DNA from: Octopus vulgaris
Lineage: Eukaryota
DNA: 64,000 bases
NCBI GenBank assembly: GCA_951406725.2
Contig: OX597839.1
Span: 24,118,001-24,182,000, forward strand
Direction: 5' to 3'
Under the pieces are notes generated by a model. That model did not search any database. It was given only the letters and a program-made list of their open reading frames with translations, and was not told the DNA's origin. Both the position numbers and the translations under genes were made by a program. Of this stretch, positions 1 through 12,522 are shown piece by piece (within the stretch, counting starts at the first letter, position 1; the number at the start of each line of letters is the position of its first letter).

Positions 1-317
1 ATCTCACACCAACCTATAATGTCAATCTAAAAACAGGTGATAACATCATCGAAATCTTAAAGCTACGAAATAATGCATGATTAGCTTAAAACAATTTGGA
101 TGAATAAATATAATATTTGACAGAATAATCTGAATGCTAAAGGGTTAAATATAATAAAGTATTTAGTAAAATAACTTAGTTATCATTAAGCTAGTGTTAG
201 GAATATAAATTGTGACTAAGGTTTGGTGGAAGATTTTAATAAAGTACTTTTGAAAACCAGACATTTGTACTACAGAGCCATAGGTGGTTTCAGGTGGGTT
301 GGTATCAAAAGGGTTAA
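1..317. mobile_element. End of TTAA-MITE family F abutting or nested in a TTAA-MITE family G fragment
   Basis: 1-148 ends AATGCTAAAGGG-TTAA (F terminus). 149-317 matches the right part of the G copy at 23859-24080 and ends AAAGGG-TTAA. Confidence 0.75.
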
Positions 318-339
318 GAATTAAAAAGTGAAATAACAA

Positions 340-559
340 TGATCCTTCCTACTAGAAGCCTGAAATTTTGCAGGAGAGGGCTGATCAATTACACTGACCC
401 CCACACACACTGCTTAACTGGGTATTTATTTCATCCACCCAGAAAGGATGAAAGGCAAAGCCGATCACAGAGGAATTTGAACCAAGAATGTAAAGAAATG
501 GAATAAATGCTGTCAGGCATTTTGCCCAGCATACTAACGGTTCTGCCAACTCACCACAA

Positions 560-630
<71 letters not shown>

Positions 631-915
631 GTAATAGTAATAATAATAATAATAATAATTAATAATGATAATAATAATTAATAATAATAATAATAATAAT
701 TAATAATAATAATAATAATAATTAATAATGATAATAATAATAATAATAATAAGCCTTTCTACTAAAGGCACAAGAACTGAAATTTAGGAGGAGAGGACTA
801 GTTGATTACATCGACCCCAGCGTTCCACTGGTATCAACCCTGAAAGGATGGAAGTCGACCTCAGCCACTAAGCATTTCGTGCAGTATGCTAATGATTCCG
901 TCAACTGACCACCTT
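340..915 (-). mobile_element. Two degenerate SINE-B (older tail variant) copies separated by a (TAC)n/(TAA)n microsatellite at ~558-752
   Basis: Both share the GAAAGGATG(A)AAG core and GATTCTGCCA.CT.ACC head with better-preserved SINE-B copies. Confidence 0.7.
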
Positions 916-1307
916 AATAGTAAGAAGAAGAAGAAGAAGAAGAAAATCAGGTTCAATTTTAGTTTGTAATTTTTTATTTCCACTTAAGAAATATTATTTA
1001 ATAATTGAGTGACACTCAAGGGAAAGAGACACTTGAGTGAGAGTCAGAAGAATTAAGGCAAAAGGTGAAGTTCAATGAAAAGAGGTTGTTGGGAAAGCAG
1101 CCATGAGGATCTATCTGGCTTCAGAAGTCTTTTAAACACATTGAATAATATTCTTCTGTTGCGGGGAAGGAGAAGAAGAAGAAGTCACAAACTGACCAAC
1201 GGAATGAAGGAACGAAAGTGAGAACAGAGAACAAATTTGGCATGAAGAAGGCAAGATTTTGTAGTGAGAAAGGCAAGCATCTCGAGGCTAGCCTGCCTCT
1301 TGTATTA

Positions 1308-1331
1308 TAGAGAGAGAAGAGGGTATAGAGG

Positions 1332-1363
<32 letters not shown>

Positions 1364-1712
1364 TATAGAGGGAGAGAGAGAGAGAGAGAGGGGATAGAGG
1401 GAGAGAGAGAGAGAGAGAGGGTATAGAGAGAGAGAGAGAGAGAGGAGGGTATAGAGGGAGAGAGAGAGAGAGAGAAGAGGGGATAGAGGGAGAGAGAGGA
1501 GGGTATAGAGGGAGAGAGAGAGAGAGAGAGAGGGGATAGAGGGAGAGAGAGAGAGAGAGAGAGAGAAGAGGGGATAGAGGGAAAGAGAGAGAGGAGGGTA
1601 TAGAGGGAGAGAGAGAGAGGAGGGTATAGAGAGAGAGAGAAGAGGGGATAGAGGGAGAGAGAGAAGAGGGTATAGAGGGAGAGAGAGGAGTGGATGGAAG
1701 GAGAGAGGGAGA
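1308..1712. repeat. GA-rich compound minisatellite, GGG(T/G)ATAGAGG(GA)n units
   Basis: Directly visible tandem units. Source of the spurious 209-aa Ser/Leu ORF. Confidence 0.95.
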
Positions 1713-2336
1713 GCGCTAAGAATGACTAGCAATAAACAAGGAATACACAAGAGTCGCGAACCTACAAGTCAAAGCTTTTCAGATAAAATGAATCGCACGG
1801 AATCAATAGCACAAAGTTATTTGGCAAGAAACAAATTAATAAAGCAAACCACTCGATGATAATATCAAAAGTGGAGAGTTAATAGCAAACGATCAAAAGA
1901 CCGGCAGCGAATTCACAAGAACCATGTGGATGAAAATATTGGTAAATCACTAGAAGAGTTTATCTAAATAATCTCTTTAACTTTCTGCGAGAGATCACTG
2001 AATTCTTGACTGAACACTCAATTTCTACCAAGAAATAATATTGCATTCGACAGAAAAACGGTTTTAATAAAAGGCCGTTTTCTCTACATTCGATTAACAT
2101 GTTCGAAGCACCAAGCGCAGCACCCAACGGGGTCAGAGTTCAGCAGACATGCCAAGGAATAATACGTAGTAAATTGCGATTGGCATAATGTGTAATTAGG
2201 AGAAAGTGAGAAACTGGCAGGAAATAAATAAAATCATCTTTTCAGGATGAAGAGCGTTGAAATCACCTCAAAATCTGACATTTCAATGTTCTTCTACCAT
2301 TGATGAAACAACTGACCGTTTCTTTGTTGATGGTTC

Positions 2337-2657
2337 TTTTATTTGTTACGGTCATTAGACTGCGGTCACTTTGAGGAATTTCAGGCAAACGAATTGACCC
2401 CCAGTACTTTTTTTTTTAAAGCCTGATACTTATTTTATCAGTCTCTTTTGCCGAACTGCTAAGTTACACCAACAATGGTTGTCAAGTGGTGGACACGGAC
2501 ACACACGTGTGTGCGATGAGTTTCTTCCAATTTCTGCCCACCAAATCCATGCTCAAGGCTTTGGTCTGCCCGAGGCTATAGTAGAAGGCCAAGGTGCCAC
2601 GCAGTGGGACTGAACCCGGAACCATGTGGTTGGGAAGCAAACTTCTTACCACACAGC
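2337..2657 (-). mobile_element. SINE family A (tRNA-derived), diverged copy
   Basis: Reverse-complement match to the copy at 8868-9260. Confidence 0.8.
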
Positions 2658-3029
2658 ATGGGCCTTTGCAAACAAATAAAAAAATAAAAATGCACTCTGT
2701 CTGACATTTCTAATTTAGATGTCGTTAAATTTACGTCAATAAACATTAAACTCCATGACTGCTCATTAGAGTAATTAACCAATGTAACTTGATGAATTTC
2801 AGAAGATAATTAAAATAAAACTAACAGGAAATAAGACAGCGTTCTGGGGTTGTTTTTCACTAGAATATAAATATATAAATCCTTGTTAATGTTGTAATTT
2901 TATACACTTTTTTGTATCCATGATATAATAAAGAGCCAATATGGAAGTCCCCATAGGTACACTCAAATTGGTAGAAATAGCAGCCAATTGGTACCTCACA
3001 CACAATCATATTGCCATGGATTATCTTTA

Positions 3030-3281
3030 CAGGCACAGGAGTGGCCGTGTGGTATGTAGCTTGCTTACCAACCACACAGTTCCGGGTTCAGTCCCACTGC
3101 GTTGCACCTTGGGGAAGTGTCTTCTACTATAGCCTCGGGCCGACCAAAGCCTTGTGAGTGGATTCAGTCGTATATATGTATATATATATGTATGTGTGTC
3201 TGTGTTTGTCCCCCCAACATTGCTTGACAACCGATGCTGGTGTGTTTACATCCCCATTACTTAGCGGTTCGGCAAAAGAGA
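3030..3281 (+). mobile_element. SINE family A, 3'-truncated
   Basis: Head GGAGTGGCCGTGTGGT...GGTTCAGTCCC plus the internal (TA)n/(TG)n tract. Confidence 0.85.
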
Positions 3282-3399
3282 ATGTGTGCAGTTTTTAGGG
3301 GTTTTCCTCTCACCAGCATTATTGTGCACCACCACTGCCCCTTACTAAGATGAGGCCCTGCTTGTCAGCTCGGCTAGTTACCAGGCTTCACTCAGTATT

Positions 3400-3800
3400 T
3401 ACGTAGCCGTTGCTCATTGTCTCTTTCTAACCAAACCCAATGGCTTCCCTTCTCCACTGTAGCTTGGATATCACTCGGGATGGTATTTGCTTCAAGACAA
3501 GTTGGCTCAAGTGACAACCATTGCCTTGACACCGTTTCCATTGAATCCTCTGCATTCAATAATGCTCTGCTTTCCAGCTGGCATCTTCACATTTCTCAAG
3601 GAGGTGTTTATAATGGTCAATCTTTCAAGTTCGAGTGGCATCCATGCAATAAACCGTTGCCACTTTCCAACAGCCGTTCCACTTTTCATTGTTAATAACA
3701 AGTTTCTTCTCTTCTTCAAATGGATCTGCTGTCCTGAACACATGAAGATCACCAACTGCAGGCTCTATTCCCAGAAAATGCCAGATATCTCTCTTGCAGA
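3400..3800 (-). mobile_element. Decayed C-terminus of an RLE-type non-LTR retrotransposon (HERO/NeSL-like)
   Basis: Frameshifted peptides KIDHYKHLLEKCEDASWKA.../ECRGF and DIQATVEKGSHWVWLERD resemble the recalled K..KY..L...C...GW....EVGCRGF...AAE.AS.WLW.KR ending of HERO-type ORFs. Confidence 0.55.
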
Positions 3801-4385
3801 ATCATGAAATGTTCATTTTTCTACCAAGCAACTGAATACATCTCATTTCCACTAAATATCTATTTACTCTCATTCGAGGCGACAGCAGTGTGCTTCAAGA
3901 GGCCTTGTGACAGGCCCTGCACTAAATGGCTGGACGTGATTCAGGAAGATCTCCAGAGGCTCACTGTCACCTTGGGGCAGCGTTTCTTAACTAGGGGTTC
4001 CACAAGAAAGAGTGATACAAAACAGTTATTGCTGTTTTCTCTATCTGACCTAATCAGTCGAGGAAGGACAGTGTTGCCCATCATGAGACTTTTCCCAGGG
4101 TCAGTCAGAAGATGTCCTAAAGAGGGCCAACACAAGATCATTTTATAAACTCATCATGGAGTGAAGATTGAAACTAGTAGGTCATATATTTTAGCTACTG
4201 GAATAGCATTGTTCTAAAACAGTTTTGAAATGAGAAACACCAGAGGGGAAAAGGAAGAGAAGTAGACTGGAAACTACATGGTACAAAACAATCATGTCTG
4301 ACATGAGAAAGGGTACCCGTTGCAAGGGTGGATGTAGAGGAAAACATAGTCAACAGAATGCAGTGGCACCAGTACAATACCCATT

Positions 4386-4580
4386 ACTCTTTTACTTGTT
4401 TCAGTCATTTGACTGTGGCCATGCTGGAGCACCGCCTTTAGTCGAGGAAATCGACCCCCAGGACTTATTCTTTGTAAGCCTAGTACTTATTCTATAGGTC
4501 TCTTTTGCCAAACCGCTAAGTTACGGGGACGTAAACACACCAACATCGGTTGTCAAGCGATGTTGGGGGGACAAACACAG

Positions 4581-4628
<48 letters not shown>

Positions 4629-4793
4629 GACAGGCTTCTTTTCAGTTTCCGTCTACCAAATCCACTCACAAGGCTTTGGTCAGCCCGAGGCTATAATAGA
4701 AGACACTTACCCAAGGTGTCACACAGTGGGACTGAACCTGGAACCATGTGGTTGGTTAGCAAGCTACTTACCACACAGCCACTCCTGCGCCTA
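4386..4793 (-). mobile_element. SINE family A, full length
   Basis: Pol III A/B-box-like head, CCTTGGG.AAGTG core, internal (TA)n, and tail CAGCATGGCCACAGTCAAATGACTGAAACAAGTAAAAGAG. Confidence 0.9.
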
Positions 4794-5222
4794 TAATTGT
4801 AAAACAATTTTCAAATGGACACCACCAGGGGGAAAAAAGGAAGAGAGGATGACCAAAAACGACATGGCACCTAACATTCATAACTGACATCAATGCTTGA
4901 CGATTTTCAGAAAGTACAGGCAAGACCATGTAACCAATGACGATACTCTAAAGAGAGCCAACACAAGACCACTTAGTGGACTCATTATCGAATGAAGGTT
5001 GAAACTAACAAGTCCATATATTTCGGTTGCCAGTACAACACCATTCTAAAACAGTTTACAAATGGATACTGTAGGAGGAAAAAGGGAAGAGAAGAAGACC
5101 AAAAACCACAGGGTGGAGAAGATCCATAAGTGGCATCAACGCTTGAGGGTTCTGGGAAGGTCCTGGCAAGACCACGTGACCACTGAAGACATTCTAAAGA
5201 GAACCAATGCAAGACCATTTAA

Positions 5223-5441
5223 CCCTTTAGTGTTCAGATTAGTCTATCAAACATAATGCTTATTGATTCCCATTGATTTGAATTAATCATGCATTATCTC
5301 ATATCTTCAAGATCTTGATGGTGTAATTACTTAATGTAGAATAACATTGTAGGGTAGGTGTGAGAGCCTGGATCTGGTCAGTTTGAACATAAAACAGATT
5401 AAATATTTTGGCCAGATATGGCCGGTTTAAATACTAAAGGG
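5223..5441. mobile_element. piggyBac-type MITE family F, complete copy
   Basis: TTAA-CCCTTTAGT...ACTAAAGGG-TTAA, giving a TIR plus TTAA duplication (5219-5222, 5442-5445). It interrupts a LINE fragment whose sister copies lack it. Confidence 0.88.
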
Positions 5442-6369
5442 TTAACGAACTCACCATAGAAGGAAGACTGAATCTAGCAGGTCATATATTTCGGTTACCA
5501 GTACAGCCTTGTTGTAGAACAGTTTTCAAATGGTCACCACCAGAGGGGAAAGAATGAGTGGTAGAGCAAAAACTCCATGGCCCAAGGCGTTTATGACCAA
5601 CATGAGAACGAGTAATATTGCAAGGGCAGATGAAGAGAAAACCATATCTAACAGAAAATGGTGGCATCAATTTGCCGGCCAAGATGCAGGAGAGCATAGG
5701 AGGAACTGATAACAATTGGTGGCTGACAAAGATATTACATAAACGCTTTGGTGAGTGGTTAATGAAAGAATAATGTAAATGTGTTAAGTACGTGTGGCTA
5801 ATGAGAATTATTATGTAGAAGTGTTTGGTATGTGTAGTTAACGAGGAATTTTTTTTAATGTAAATATGTTTGCATTTATTAAATTGTTTTGTAGTGTTTA
5901 GTCACTGTTACATCTAAAATTAGCCAATTTACGAGATAAAAAAACCTACAAAAATGTTACAAGATAATTAGAAGAGAAACACCATCTGTGTATGTAGTCA
6001 GAGAACATCCCCTCCCATTAACACCCACCCACACAGAGGTCATTGTCGTTACAACTTACACTTTTCCATGCTTGCATGGGTCGAATGGAGTTAACCGAAG
6101 CAAAATTTCTGCAGCCCTTCCTGTTAATAACCATCACCTATTTACAAGCAAAGTAACGTTTCCCAAAGGTTGGGGAGATTTTTTTCAGGGAGGTGCGGAA
6201 ACGAATGATCTCGTAATTGTATGATGTCGACACTCGGTTACAACTATAAGGGGATGTAACGGAAATACAAACACCCATCCACAAAACACGTCTACATGTG
6301 CATGTATCTATCTATCTACACACACACACAATTTGATACATCTCACCAAAATATCATTATCAAATGATG

Positions 6370-6590
6370 ACGGTGAGCTGGCAGAAACGTCAGCACACCG
6401 GGTAAAATACTTAGCGGTATTTCGTCGGCTGTTACATTCTGAGTTCAAATTCCGCCAAGGTGAACTTTGCCTTTCATCCTTTCGGGGATGATAAATTAAG
6501 TACCAGTTACACACTGGAGTAGACGTAATCGACTTAATCCATTTGTTTGTCCCTTCTATGTTTAGCCCCTTGTGGGCAGGAAAGAAATAA
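6370..6590 (+). mobile_element. SINE family B
   Basis: Head GAGCTGGCAGAA...GAGTTCAAATTCC, core CCTTTCATCCTTTCGGGG..GATAAATTAAGTACCAG (Meta/MESC-domain-like, from memory), and tail ...AAAGAAATA. Confidence 0.88.
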
Positions 6591-7051
6591 GGAATGTATA
6601 TTCACAATTCACAAAATGGCACTACACACACAAGTGTGTATATATAAATATATATATATATTTATATACATACAGATACATATACATACTTACACACACA
6701 TGTAATAGTCACCTGGAATTGTGTGTGTGTGTATATGTGTGAGTCACTTGGAATACAGTGTAACAGTTTTGCTACCTATTTTAGGGGTACCATAGTTACA
6801 AGCAGACAAAGACAGTCAAATGGGCCAGTCACACTTTGTAAAATGGCACACCCAATGCAACAATTGGAGGGACAGAAGGTAGCACCAGCAATTGGTTCAG
6901 CCAGCACCCATATCAGCAAAGTAGCCCAGAACAATAGGAAATGAAATAACTTGCTCAAGGATACATTGCACAGCCCAGTCCAGAGATGGAAATTATGATG
7001 TTACGTGCATATGCTGATAAATGTGAATGGGACCCATACAATCTGGGTTGG

Positions 7052-7409
7052 GGGACTTCCCAACCATATGGTTCTGGGTTCAGTCCCACTGTGTGACATT
7101 TCTGGGCAAGTGTCTTCTACTATAACCTCGGGCTGGCCAAAGCCTTGCGAGTGGATTTGGTAGATGGAAACCAAAAGAAGCTCATTGTGTGTGTGTGTGT
7201 GTACCTTTGTTTCCCCAACCACCACCACTTGACAACTGGTGTTGGTGTGTTTACGTCCCTGTCACTTAACAATCTATCAAAAGAAACCGATAGAATATGT
7301 ACCAGACTTTAAGTACTGGGGTCAATATATTTGAGTAAAAATTCTTCAAGGCAGTGCCCCAGCATGGCCACAGTCTAATGACTGAAACAAGTAAAAGAAT
7401 AAAAGAATA
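7052..7409 (+). mobile_element. SINE family A, diverged, lacking its 5' end
   Basis: Matches family A. Ends about 115 bp from the exon donor at 7524. Confidence 0.8.
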
Positions 7410-7523
7410 CCCAGTGTGGCGACAGGTGGCTGTCCGACAAACTAAAACTAAAGGTCAAAGGAACGAGGACAAGGTCTCAGGCCACACCACCCCAGCATAA
7501 AGACAAGTGGAATCAATACATAC

Positions 7524-7622
7524 CGTTTCATCATCAGTCCATTTTTTCTCAATACCACGAGGTACAGGACACTTGACAAGAGCTTGCAATGCCTTCCCTG
7601 TGTCATAATGGCAGAGATGAAG
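7524..7622 (-). CDS. RERE: RERE/Atrophin-2-like exon (end of ELM2, start of SANT), 99 nt, phase 0 / 0
   Basis: Acceptor ttctcccctccgcag|CTT and donor ACG|gtatgt. Translates [33 protein letters not shown], versus recalled human [33 protein letters not shown]. This frame is absent from the ORF track. Confidence 0.95.
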
Positions 7623-8146
7623 CTGCGGAGGGGAGAAGAAGACAACAATATATTATTATTATTATACGATTATAAAACCACAGCATGTATATATATATAT
7701 ATATACACGATATGATATACATCATATAACACACACACACGATATACTTACGAAATACATACACACACACACACATATATATACATATATACATACATAT
7801 ATATATATATGTATGAAATGAAATAAAAAACAGAACACAAAGGATGTTGTGGTACATGTGTTTCGAGCTTTATAAAACAACTTACATCAATGTATAATCG
7901 ACCTGAATTCACCCTGAATTTATTTTATATACATATATATATATGTGTGTGTGTGTGTATATATATATATACATACACTTATATATATATATATAACGGG
8001 AAGCTTTATGAAAATAGACAAAAGACGAAGGCAGGTTTACGGAAATAAACAAAAGACGAAGGCAGGTGGAATAAACAAACAATTGTATTAGTATATATAT
8101 ATACACACACACACACATAGATATATATATACACACCCGACAGACC

Positions 8147-8413
8147 ATCATCATTTAATGTTTGACATCCACGTATGCATGGGTAGGATGGTTGACAGGC
8201 AGAAGACTACTCCAGGCTGCTGTGTCCATTTTGGCAGGGTTTTTACAACTGGATGCCCTTCCTGGCACCATCGATGGAGCAGTTGGCGTTAGGAAGGGTA
8301 CCCAGCTGTAGAAACCATGCCAAATCAGACTGGGGTTTGGTGCAGCCCCACTCCAAACCATCCAAACAAAGCCAGCATGGACAACAGACATTAAGTGATG
8401 ATGATGATGATGA
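8147..8413. mobile_element. Two RTE-LINE 3'-tail fragments in inverted orientation
   Basis: 8147-8265 (minus) and 8281-8413 (plus) both match the (GAT)n-tailed 3' UTR of the RTE element at 31896-32700. Confidence 0.7.
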
Positions 8414-8867
8414 CCACACACACACAAAATCCAGTCAGAAGTCTTTGGTCAGCCCAAGGCTATAAGAGAACACTTGCCCAAGGTACCATACAGTGGGACT
8501 GAATCCAGAACTGTGTGATTGGGAAGCCAGTTTCTTACGACACAGGTATGCCTGCATCTGTGAGGTATGCCTTTGCTTTTGTTTAAATATATTCGTACGG
8601 AATAAAACAATATGAACTGTTCAAAGTTTTCATGTTGTAAGTGCATATTTAATTTTTGTTTTGGAAACAAAAAACTGTTAAGAATTCTTACAACTGATTA
8701 GTTTTTCAGCTAAATTGGTGAAAGCACTGAAGGTGATAACGAGCAACAACAATGAAAAAAAAAAAAGAAAAGAAGAGAAAAAAACAGGCAAGAGAAAGAG
8801 AAATTAAAATTAAAAAAAAAACCAATTACAATTAAAAACCAAAAAGATGCAGTAAAAAAAAGCTGAT

Positions 8868-9260
8868 AGGCGTAGGAGTGGCTGTGTGGTAAGTAGCTTG
8901 TTTACCAACCACATGGTTCCAGGTTCAGTCCCACTGCGTGGCACCTTGGGCAAGTGTCTTCTACTATAGTCTCGGACCGACCAAAGCCTTGTGAGTGGAT
9001 TTGGTAGACGGAAACTGAAAGAAGCCCGTCATATATACGTATATATATATATGCGTGTATGTATCTGTGTTTGTCCCCCTAGCATTGCTTGACAACCGAT
9101 GCTGGTGTGTTTACGTCCCCGTTACTTAGCGGTTCGGCAAAAAGGGCCCGATAGAATAAGTACTGGGCTTACAAAAGAATAAGTCCCGGGGACGATTTGC
9201 TCGACTAAAGTCGGTGCTCCAGCATGGCCTCAGTCAAAATGACTGAAACAAGTAAAAGAG
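8868..9260 (+). mobile_element. SINE family A, full length (reference copy)
   Basis: GGCGTAGGAGTGGCTGTGTGGTAAG...GGTTCAGTCCC tRNA-like head, CORE-like CCTTGGGCAAGTG, internal microsatellite, and GTAAAAGAG tail. Confidence 0.92.
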
Positions 9261-9601
9261 AGAAAGAGAAAAAAAAGCTGATAATAGAACAAGAGGAAAG
9301 CTTAGATAATAAAGGCGAGAGTCACGTAGTTTGTCTGTTCTATTCCGAGAAGTACAAAAGGAAAGAAGGGGAAGAGAGAGGGAGGGAGGGAGCCTGGTGG
9401 AACAGGTTTTAATTTTGCTTTCAAACAAGAGGATGTTGTGTGTGGGTGTGGGTGTGTGTGCGTGCGTGAGTGTGTGTGTGTGTGTGTCTGTGTGTGGCTG
9501 CTAAAAGACACATCCTAGAAATATACACATAAGAGTTTCCTCCCTTCACATCTAGACACCAGGCAAAATACAAGCCTGGAGCGAAAACGGGAATTATAGA
9601 A

Positions 9602-9664
<63 letters not shown>

Positions 9665-9750
9665 TACATATATATATACATACATATATATATACATATA
9701 TATATATTTCTATAATATATATATATATATATATATACATATATATATAG

Positions 9751-9793
<43 letters not shown>

Positions 9794-9794
9794 T

Positions 9795-9828
<34 letters not shown>

Positions 9829-9829
9829 G

Positions 9830-9892
<63 letters not shown>

Positions 9893-9907
9893 CATATATA
9901 TATATAG

Positions 9908-9989
<82 letters not shown>
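9602..9989. repeat. Long interrupted (TA)n microsatellite, ~390 bp
   Basis: Directly visible, with recurrent GTTA/CA interruptions. Confidence 0.97.
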
Positions 9990-9990
<1 letters not shown>

Positions 9991-10391
9991 AGTTATTTAG
10001 TTGGTTTCCAAAAAGCATCGTAGGTAATAATAGAAGGGCCCAGGGGAAACGTGTGATTAAGGAAGGATGGTGTGTGTGTGGGGGGGGGGGCAATTAAATG
10101 AAAGTCATAAAAATAGGGAGGAAGAGGAGTAAGTGTAATTAGGACAGTTGTGGGAGGGGGGGAATAATTATGGAAGTCACCGAAAAGATAAAAAGGCAGA
10201 CAATACGAAGAGGAATTTAGGAAATGACACTCGAATGTCTCTGTCTGTTTGTCTGTCTGTCTATATACACACACAAAAGCACGATTGTCCTCAAATTTTC
10301 ACATAAGAAAATACAGAAGAATTATTTAGATGTGTGTGTGTATAAAACGGACGTTCGATGATGATGATGATGATGATGATTATACTAATAT

Positions 10392-10608
10392 CTCTTTTAC
10401 TCCTTTTTTTACTATTTTACTTGTTTCAGTCATTTTGATTGCGGCCATGCTGGAGCACCGCCTTTAGTCGAGCAACTCGACCTCGGGACTTATTCTTTTC
10501 GTAAGCCCAGTACTTATTCTATCGGTCTCTTTTTGCCGAACCGCTAAGTGACGAGGACGTAAACACACCAGCATCGGTTGTCAAGCAATGCTAGGGGGAC
10601 AAACACAG

Positions 10609-10681
<73 letters not shown>

Positions 10682-10848
10682 TACGATAGGCTTCTTTCAG
10701 TTTCCGTCTACCAAATCCACTCACAAGGCATTGGTCGGCCCGGGGCTATAGCAGAAGACACTTGCCCAAGATGCCACGCAGTGGGACTGAACCCGGAACC
10801 ATGTGGTTGGTTAGCAAGCTACTTACCACACAGCCACTCCTGCGCCTA
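10392..10848 (-). mobile_element. SINE family A, full length
   Basis: Reverse-complement match to 8868-9260. Confidence 0.92.
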
Positions 10849-11210
10849 TGTGACATGCATACACACACACAAGTATGCATAAACAGACGTGTGCGCGAGT
10901 AAATATATTTCATATATATGGACACACAGACACACACAAATGTATAGACATACAGACGTATCTACATTCATATACATACATCATCACCATTTAAAGAGTG
11001 CTTGTTTTCCATGCTGGCATGGGTTGGACACGTCTGACAGGAACAGGCAAGTGGAAAACTGCACCAATCCCTGCTGTCTGCTTTGATACGGTTTCAAGGT
11101 GGGTGGGATGCCCGTCCTAATGCCAGCCGCTTCGGGCTCCAGCACCAGTGTGGGGTCACCAAGTACCTTGCATGATAAATCCTTGCAAATGAGGTGGAAG
11201 AGCCGTACTG

Positions 11211-11498
11211 AAGTTAAGTTAATTTTTTGGCTCAAAAAGCAAAAAGCAAGGCCATGTAGGGGGACATGGAGTTATGTACAGGGAGGGTGTTCACGCAAAG
11301 AGTTCAGGTCATTTCTGGTCAAGAGAGACTTTGAACCGAGTGGCCGTCGGCATCTTCACTATCTCGTCCGGCAGCTTATTCCACGGATCCACAACCCGGA
11401 CGGAGAAAGCCCCTCTCCTTCGATTGAGATGAAATCGTCGCAGATAGAGCTTTTCGGAGTGACCCCGCAGCTTACGCTCTGGAGCAGGAGTGAAGAAG
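11211..11498 (-). mobile_element. 5'-truncated CR1-clade LINE (ORF2 C-terminus, 3' UTR and TTAAC tail)
   Basis: Minus-strand peptide FFTPAPERKLRGHSEKLYLRRFHLNRRRGAFSVRVVDPWNKLPDEIV has the CR1-type RGH...FS.RVV..WN.LP motifs. The 3' UTR is shared with 62864-62979. Confidence 0.85.
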
Positions 11499-11709
11499 GC
11501 AGCTTTGTGCCAGGAGTCGAGAGTTTAAAGTACTACCGGGAGGGGGAGAAACGAGTGTCTTGCACGGATTGGCTAATGCCTTCTGAGAGGATTAGGGACA
11601 CAGAAACAGCTACTGGACTAATCCTCTAGCAGGTGGATGCCTATGGAACCGCCCCAACGCTTGTGCCCATGGAAAGCAGACCTTTTACAAACATATTTAT
11701 ATATAAAGG

Positions 11710-12030
11710 AGCCCTCTGTCGGTACGATGACTAAGGTCCCAGCAGATTCAATCAACGGAACAGCCGGCTCATAAAATTAACGTGCAAGTGGTTGAGTATT
11801 CCACAGACACATGTACCCTTAACACAGTTCTCAGGGAGATTCAGCAAGATACAGAATAGGACAAGGTTGGCCCTTTGAAATACAGAAACTACTCCTTTTT
11901 GCCAACTGAATGGACTGGAGCAGATTGAAAAATAAAGTGTCTTGCTCAAGGACACAATGTGCTGTCAGGAATTGAACTCATGACCTTTACGATCATGAGC
12001 CAAATATCCTAACCATAATCCACATGCCTA
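11710..12030 (-). mobile_element. SINE family E (D-like head and core, C-like tail)
   Basis: Core TGTCCTTGAGCAAGACACTTTATTT...GCTCCAGTCCA and tail AAGGGTACATGTGTCTGTGGA..ACTCA.CCACTTGCACGTTAATTT. Confidence 0.75.
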
Positions 12031-12044
12031 TATATAGATATTTT

Positions 12045-12440
12045 ATTTTCTTCAGTCATTTGACTGTGCTCATGCTGGAGCAATGCCTTTTAGCCAAAGA
12101 CATCAACCATATGACTTGGTCTTTCTATGCCTGATACTTATTCTATTGGTCTTTTTTGCTGAACTGCTAAGTTACAGGGATGCAAAGACACGAACATCAG
12201 TTGTCAAGCGATGGTGGGAGGACAAACAGACAGACACACACACACACACACAGATATATAAATATATATGACTGATTCCTTTTCAGCTTTTGTCTACCAA
12301 ATCCACTCATAAGGCTTTCGTCAGCCCGAGGTTATAGCAGAAAATACTTGCCCAAGGTGCCACGCAGTGGGACTGAACCTAGAACACTGTGGTTGGGAAT
12401 CAAATCAGGCTTCTCACCACACAACCACGCCTGCACCTAT
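12045..12440 (-). mobile_element. SINE family A, diverged
   Basis: Matches family A. Confidence 0.82.
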
Positions 12441-12522
12441 GTGTGTACGTACATGAACACACATACATATGTGCAAACACACAAACGAATAATCCTTCAT
12501 TAAGGATATTCCTTAATCCTCC

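Larger units (their letters stand above)
3880..5595 (+). mobile_element. Cluster of decayed RTE-like LINE ORF2 C-terminal fragments (about 4 tandem copies), interrupted by a SINE-A and a MITE
   Basis: Recurrent unit AAAGAG..CCAA..CAAGA.CA...CATATATTT.G.T.C...AAAACAGTTT..AAATG near 4120, 4950 and 5195, plus a partial copy at 4800. Peptides include KRPCDRPCTKWLDVIQEDL, AGHIFRLP and TIFKWTPPG. Confidence 0.6.

Noticed and set aside
7850-7875. Minus-strand CGAAACACATGTA half-hammerhead
   Set aside because: No upstream CUGANGA box was found. At most it is a truncated Penelope-like remnant.
11099-11629. 176-aa plus-strand ORF
   Set aside because: It is antisense to the CR1 ORF2 fragment, runs across element boundaries, and has no recognisable domain.
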